Shown here in pieces: positions 60,944 to 64,000 of a stretch of 64,000 nucleotides of DNA (its first letter is position 1; each line of letters opens with the position of its first letter). Under the pieces are notes generated by a model that made no database searches, was not told where the DNA came from, and worked only from the letters and a program-made list of their open reading frames with translations. The position numbers and the translations under genes are program-made. Source of the stretch: Pseudomonadota bacterium (GTDB lineage Bacteria > Pseudomonadota > Alphaproteobacteria > Rhizobiales > CBDHHC01). The stretch spans positions 2,106-66,105 of the forward strand of contig JBCCCO010000005.1 in the NCBI GenBank assembly GCA_039033475.1, in the 5' to 3' direction.

Positions 60944-61113
60944 AACCCCAGTAGGATCAAGAAAGTTGTATTTTAAACACCAAAACGCGCCACCGTCATC
61001 CCGGCCAAGCGCATATAAAGCGCGCTAGCCGGGATCTCTGGAACTTTCAACATACTGATATTTAAGAGATTCCCGCTTTCGCGGGAATGACGGTGGATAG
61101 TTTTATGCTTTCG
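60944..61113. repeat. Hairpin-repeat locus R13: inverted C, B extended hairpin, spacer, A hairpin, truncated C
   Basis: GTCATCCCGGCCAAGCGCATATAAAGCGCGCTAGCCGGGATCTCTGG lies at 60995-61041. AGAGATTCCCGCTTTCGCGGGAATGAC lies at 61065-61091. Confidence 0.9.
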
Positions 61114-61173
61114 TTTTGATTTTGTTTTTTGCGATCTTATGAAATTTACGCTTTTGCTGGAGGCTATTTACAT

Positions 61174-62091
61174 CTAAACCGAGCGTTTTCGCTTTGGACC
61201 AAACAGGCAGGTTATGCCAAGTATGATGCCAGAAATAGTTGCGATCATGCCTGCCGCGCTGACAGCATGTTCAAAACCAAGCCATAGTGGAGCGTAGCCT
61301 GCAAGGATATATCCCAAAATTGCAGACAAGATTGCAAAAACAATGCTCCAGAGCACTTGGATGTGGAGCTGGTTTGTCATGAGGCGGGCTGAGGCTGGGG
61401 GGCAGATAAACATGGCAATGACTATAATGGAGCCGACGGCATCAAATGCGGCAACGGCTGTTATTGCAACAATTACCACGATTGCAAATCCAAGAGTGTT
61501 GGTGGGAAGATTGAGGCTTTTGGCAAAAGCTTCATCAAATGTGGAAATTGTTAGCTCTTTCCAAAACAGAACAACAAAACCAGATACTGTAATCATCACT
61601 ATAAATAGCCGCAACAGTTGCGGGGGAAGATCGGCCAGAGCTTTTCTGTCTAATAGAGATTCCCAGCCGGTTGCAGAAAGCCAGATGAGACTTTCCAAAT
61701 TGCCATAAAGGGCATGTTCAACATCTAGGTGGACCCCACTTGTTTCGGTTTGCTCTAATAACAGGACACCTGCTGCAAACAGGGTGGTGAAAATAACCCC
61801 CATGGCTGCACCTGGCTCAATGCGCCCTAAGCGGCGGGTTAATTCAATAAGGATGGCTGCGATGATGGAGGCAATGGTGGCTCCTAGCATCACAGGCCAA
61901 GCGTTTATCGTTCCTGTGATCAGAAAGGCAATGACAATGCCAGGGAGAACCACGTGGCTTATGGCATCTCCAATGAGTGCTTGTTTGCGTAAGACTAGAA
62001 AGTTGCCGGGAATGGCACAGCATATGGCTGCCAAGGTTGCGATGAGAAGAGGCACTAAGCTGAGTTGTACGAATTCGGCTGCAAATGTCAT
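61174..62091 (-). CDS. Metal (Mn/Fe-type) ABC transporter permease, ABC-3 family (SitD/MntD/YfeD-like)
   Basis: The ORF is 305 aa with the DAISHVVLPG motif. It has an ATGA overlap with the upstream permease. Confidence 0.85.
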   Translation of the reverse strand: MTFAAEFVQLSLVPLLIATLAAICCAIPGNFLVLRKQALIGDAISHVVLPGIVIAFLITGTINAWPVMLGATIASIIAAILIELTRRLGRIEPGAAMGVIFTTLFAAGVLLLEQTETSGVHLDVEHALYGNLESLIWLSATGWESLLDRKALADLPPQLLRLFIVMITVSGFVVLFWKELTISTFDEAFAKSLNLPTNTLGFAIVVIVAITAVAAFDAVGSIIVIAMFICPPASARLMTNQLHIQVLWSIVFAILSAILGYILAGYAPLWLGFEHAVSAAGMIATISGIILGITCLFGPKRKRSV

Positions 62092-63302
62092 GAGGGCTTT
62101 AACCCGTTTATGTGCTGGTCAAGTTGGTGAATTTCATCTTTGGTGAAAACCTCTTCAATTGGAATAAGAGCTCCATATTGCGTGTGGGGATCATCGTTTT
62201 TGTATAGGGTTTGCGCTAGAGCCCAGCGGGCTTCATCTTGTAATGCTTTTTGAGCAGCGTGTTGTCCTGCTTCTGTGATAACGCCATCACCCTGAATAAA
62301 CTTGCGTTGTTTTAACAGCTTTATCGTGAGCCTATCATAGATGGTTTCCTGGCGGGCTAATGCGAGTAAGCCTTGGCGTAGGTGAACTTTTCTGGTGTAG
62401 GTCATTTGATTGATGACAAAGGCAAGTAGTCCTCTTACCGGGGAGAGGATTAGCGATCCCAGAAATATTGTAAAACTGAGCAAAACAATGATGGGACCTG
62501 TGGGCAAGTTTGTTGCTATGCTTGAGAGGCATGCTCCGAGGTATCCTGCCAGTGCACCTAGGGTTGCAGCAAGAGCTACCATTCTGTCTGCTCTGTTTGT
62601 CCATAGTCTTGCGGTGACGGGAGGGATAATAAGTAAGGCGACACTTAGAACGAGGCCGACAATTTTTAAGCTGACAACGGTAATGATCAAGGCCAATGTC
62701 ATCATTAAAAGGTCGGTACGATTGATGCTTATTCCGCTTGTGGCCGCATGGTGGGGATCAAATGCGACACTGATCATTGCATAATGAAACATAAAGATTA
62801 TGATGGCGCACAAGGCGGCGATGCTGGCGATTGTTAAAGCTTCAGAATAGAGCATGCCTGCTGTTGAGCCGAGCAGAAATGTTTCCAGACCGGCTTGACG
62901 GCCAATTGGGATATTTTGGATGATCGTTAAAATGACAACGCCAAAGCCAAAGAAGACGGATAAAACAGCGCCGATGGCGGCGTCTTCACTGAGCCGTGTT
63001 TTGGTCACAATCCATTGCATCAGGACAACTCCGCATAGGGCTGAGGCTGTTGCTCCCAGTAATAGGCCTGGGAGGAGACGGCCGTCACCACCAAGATAAA
63101 CCATTGCGATAAAAGCCAGGCCAATGCCAGGTAAGCAGGCGTGGGCTATGGCATCGCTGATAAGAGCACGTTTGCGCAAAAATACAAACGTTCCAACACC
63201 CCCAGCAGCTAAGCCGAGCAGTGCTGTTCCTATGGTGACAAGGGCGGTGTTATATCCTGACTGAAGTGTTAATGCATTTATGAAAAGCTCAAGATGTGAC
63301 AT
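62088..63302 (-). CDS. Metal ABC transporter permease (SitC/MntC/YfeC-like) with a C-terminal cytoplasmic extension of about 114 aa
   Basis: The ORF is 404 aa. The ABC-3 core (DAIAHACLPG) ends at about LILSPVRGLL. The extension resembles a DtxR-type winged helix. Confidence 0.8.
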   Translation of the reverse strand: MSHLELFINALTLQSGYNTALVTIGTALLGLAAGGVGTFVFLRKRALISDAIAHACLPGIGLAFIAMVYLGGDGRLLPGLLLGATASALCGVVLMQWIVTKTRLSEDAAIGAVLSVFFGFGVVILTIIQNIPIGRQAGLETFLLGSTAGMLYSEALTIASIAALCAIIIFMFHYAMISVAFDPHHAATSGISINRTDLLMMTLALIITVVSLKIVGLVLSVALLIIPPVTARLWTNRADRMVALAATLGALAGYLGACLSSIATNLPTGPIIVLLSFTIFLGSLILSPVRGLLAFVINQMTYTRKVHLRQGLLALARQETIYDRLTIKLLKQRKFIQGDGVITEAGQHAAQKALQDEARWALAQTLYKNDDPHTQYGALIPIEEVFTKDEIHQLDQHINGLKPS

Positions 63303-63340
63303 GTTATTTGGTATTAGAAAACTTCAGTGTTTTATGAAAA

Positions 63341-63507
63341 TTAACAAAACAAAAGTAACTCGTCATCCCGGCAAAGTGCATGAAATGCACGCGAGCTAAG
63401 GATCTCTGGAACGTGCAACGCATTTATATTTAATGAAATTCCCGCTTTCGCGGGAATGACGAACTGAGAGTATCTTGATAAAAATAAACTATTCAATACT
63501 CGATCAG
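63341..63507. repeat. Hairpin-repeat locus R14 inside the metal ABC operon: B extended hairpin, spacer, A hairpin, D tail
   Basis: GTCATCCCGGCAAAGTGCATGAAATGCACGCGAGCTAAGGATCTCTGG lies at 63362-63408. GAAATTCCCGCTTTCGCGGGAATGAC lies at 63435-63460, and D runs to 63507. Confidence 0.9.
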
Positions 63508-63541
63508 CTACAGACCTACCCATAAACTCAAGTTTTATACT

Positions 63542-64000
63542 TCACCCAGCCTGAATATTGAGTTCATGAATGTGCGTTGTCGCCAGTTGGCCGCCATATG
63601 TGGCGTTTAAGTTTTCTGCATCGCATGTGGTTTTTACCGGACCGTCGGCAATTTTGCGCACGTTGATGAAAAGGACGTGGTCAAAATATTGGGTAAGAGT
63701 TGCCAAATCGTGGTGAACGCAAATGACGGTGCGGTTATCATTTTTTAAGCTTTTCAAAACCGAGACAATTGTGCGTTCGGTGGCCGCATCAACACCTGCA
63801 AAAGGCTCATCAAGTAAATAGAGTTTAGCGTTTTGGGCAAGGCTGCGGGCTAAAAAGACGCGTTGTTGTTGTCCACCAGAAAGTTGGCCAATCTGGCGGT
63901 TGGCAAAGTCTGCCATACCAACACGTTCTAGGCATTCTAGGGCTGTTTTTTTATGTTTTGAATTGAAAAAACGAAACAGCCCGGCTTTAGAATATAGTCC
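63542..64000 (-). CDS. Metal ABC transporter ATP-binding protein, C-terminal part (5' end lies outside the window)
   Basis: The frame is open to the window edge. It carries the ABC signature LSGGQQQR and Walker B LYLLDEP. Confidence 0.88.
   Translation of the reverse strand, partial: GLYSKAGLFRFFNSKHKKTALECLERVGMADFANRQIGQLSGGQQQRVFLARSLAQNAKLYLLDEPFAGVDAATERTIVSVLKSLKNDNRTVICVHHDLATLTQYFDHVLFINVRKIADGPVKTTCDAENLNATYGGQLATTHIHELNIQAG

Overview
This window looks like an origin-proximal chromosomal segment of a moderately AT-rich alphaproteobacterium. The gene order is Rhizobiales-like: class I fba / thiE-like / Sel1, then leuS-lptE-holA, then parB-parA-rsmG-mnmG-mnmE ... rho-hemJ-hemE, then DUF299-maf-aroE-coaE-dnaQ, secB, hslVU, hisB-hisH-hisA-hisF-hisE-coaA, ppa, typA and polA. 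I can support about 60 CDS and one tRNA-Arg(CCG). There are no rRNA genes, CRISPR arrays, cas genes, integrases, transposases or prophage genes. The hemE / DUF299 intergenic gap (22554-22979) is the expected position of oriC, and gene orientation flips there. The most striking sequence-level signal is not a gene. It is a dense family of modular hairpin repeats with core ATTCCC-N8-GGGAAT, extended variants and two alternative tails, present in 15 intergenic gaps. The hairpin stems show compensatory base changes. One copy sits in a 250-bp insertion bounded by a 17-bp direct repeat that has displaced the 3' end of rsmG and broken its ATGA overlap with parA. Other copies supply the C-terminal tail of a PAP2 phosphatase or split the hisA-hisF and metal-ABC operons. 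Five accessory pockets deserve follow-up. (1) An AT-rich block next to tRNA-Arg carries a secreted histidine phosphatase, an orphan TAXI-type binding protein and two convergent Sel1-like paralogs. (2) A co-oriented array encodes a 620-aa membrane protein, YbjQ and a Zn-ribbon/DUF4145 protein. (3) A lipid A remodelling cluster carries PAP2, ArnT-like, ArnC-like and LAB_N genes. (4) A metal ABC permease carries a DtxR-like C-terminal extension. (5) Surface-modification genes are inserted between mnmE and rho. All functional calls come from reading the translations and from synteny; no database search was run.
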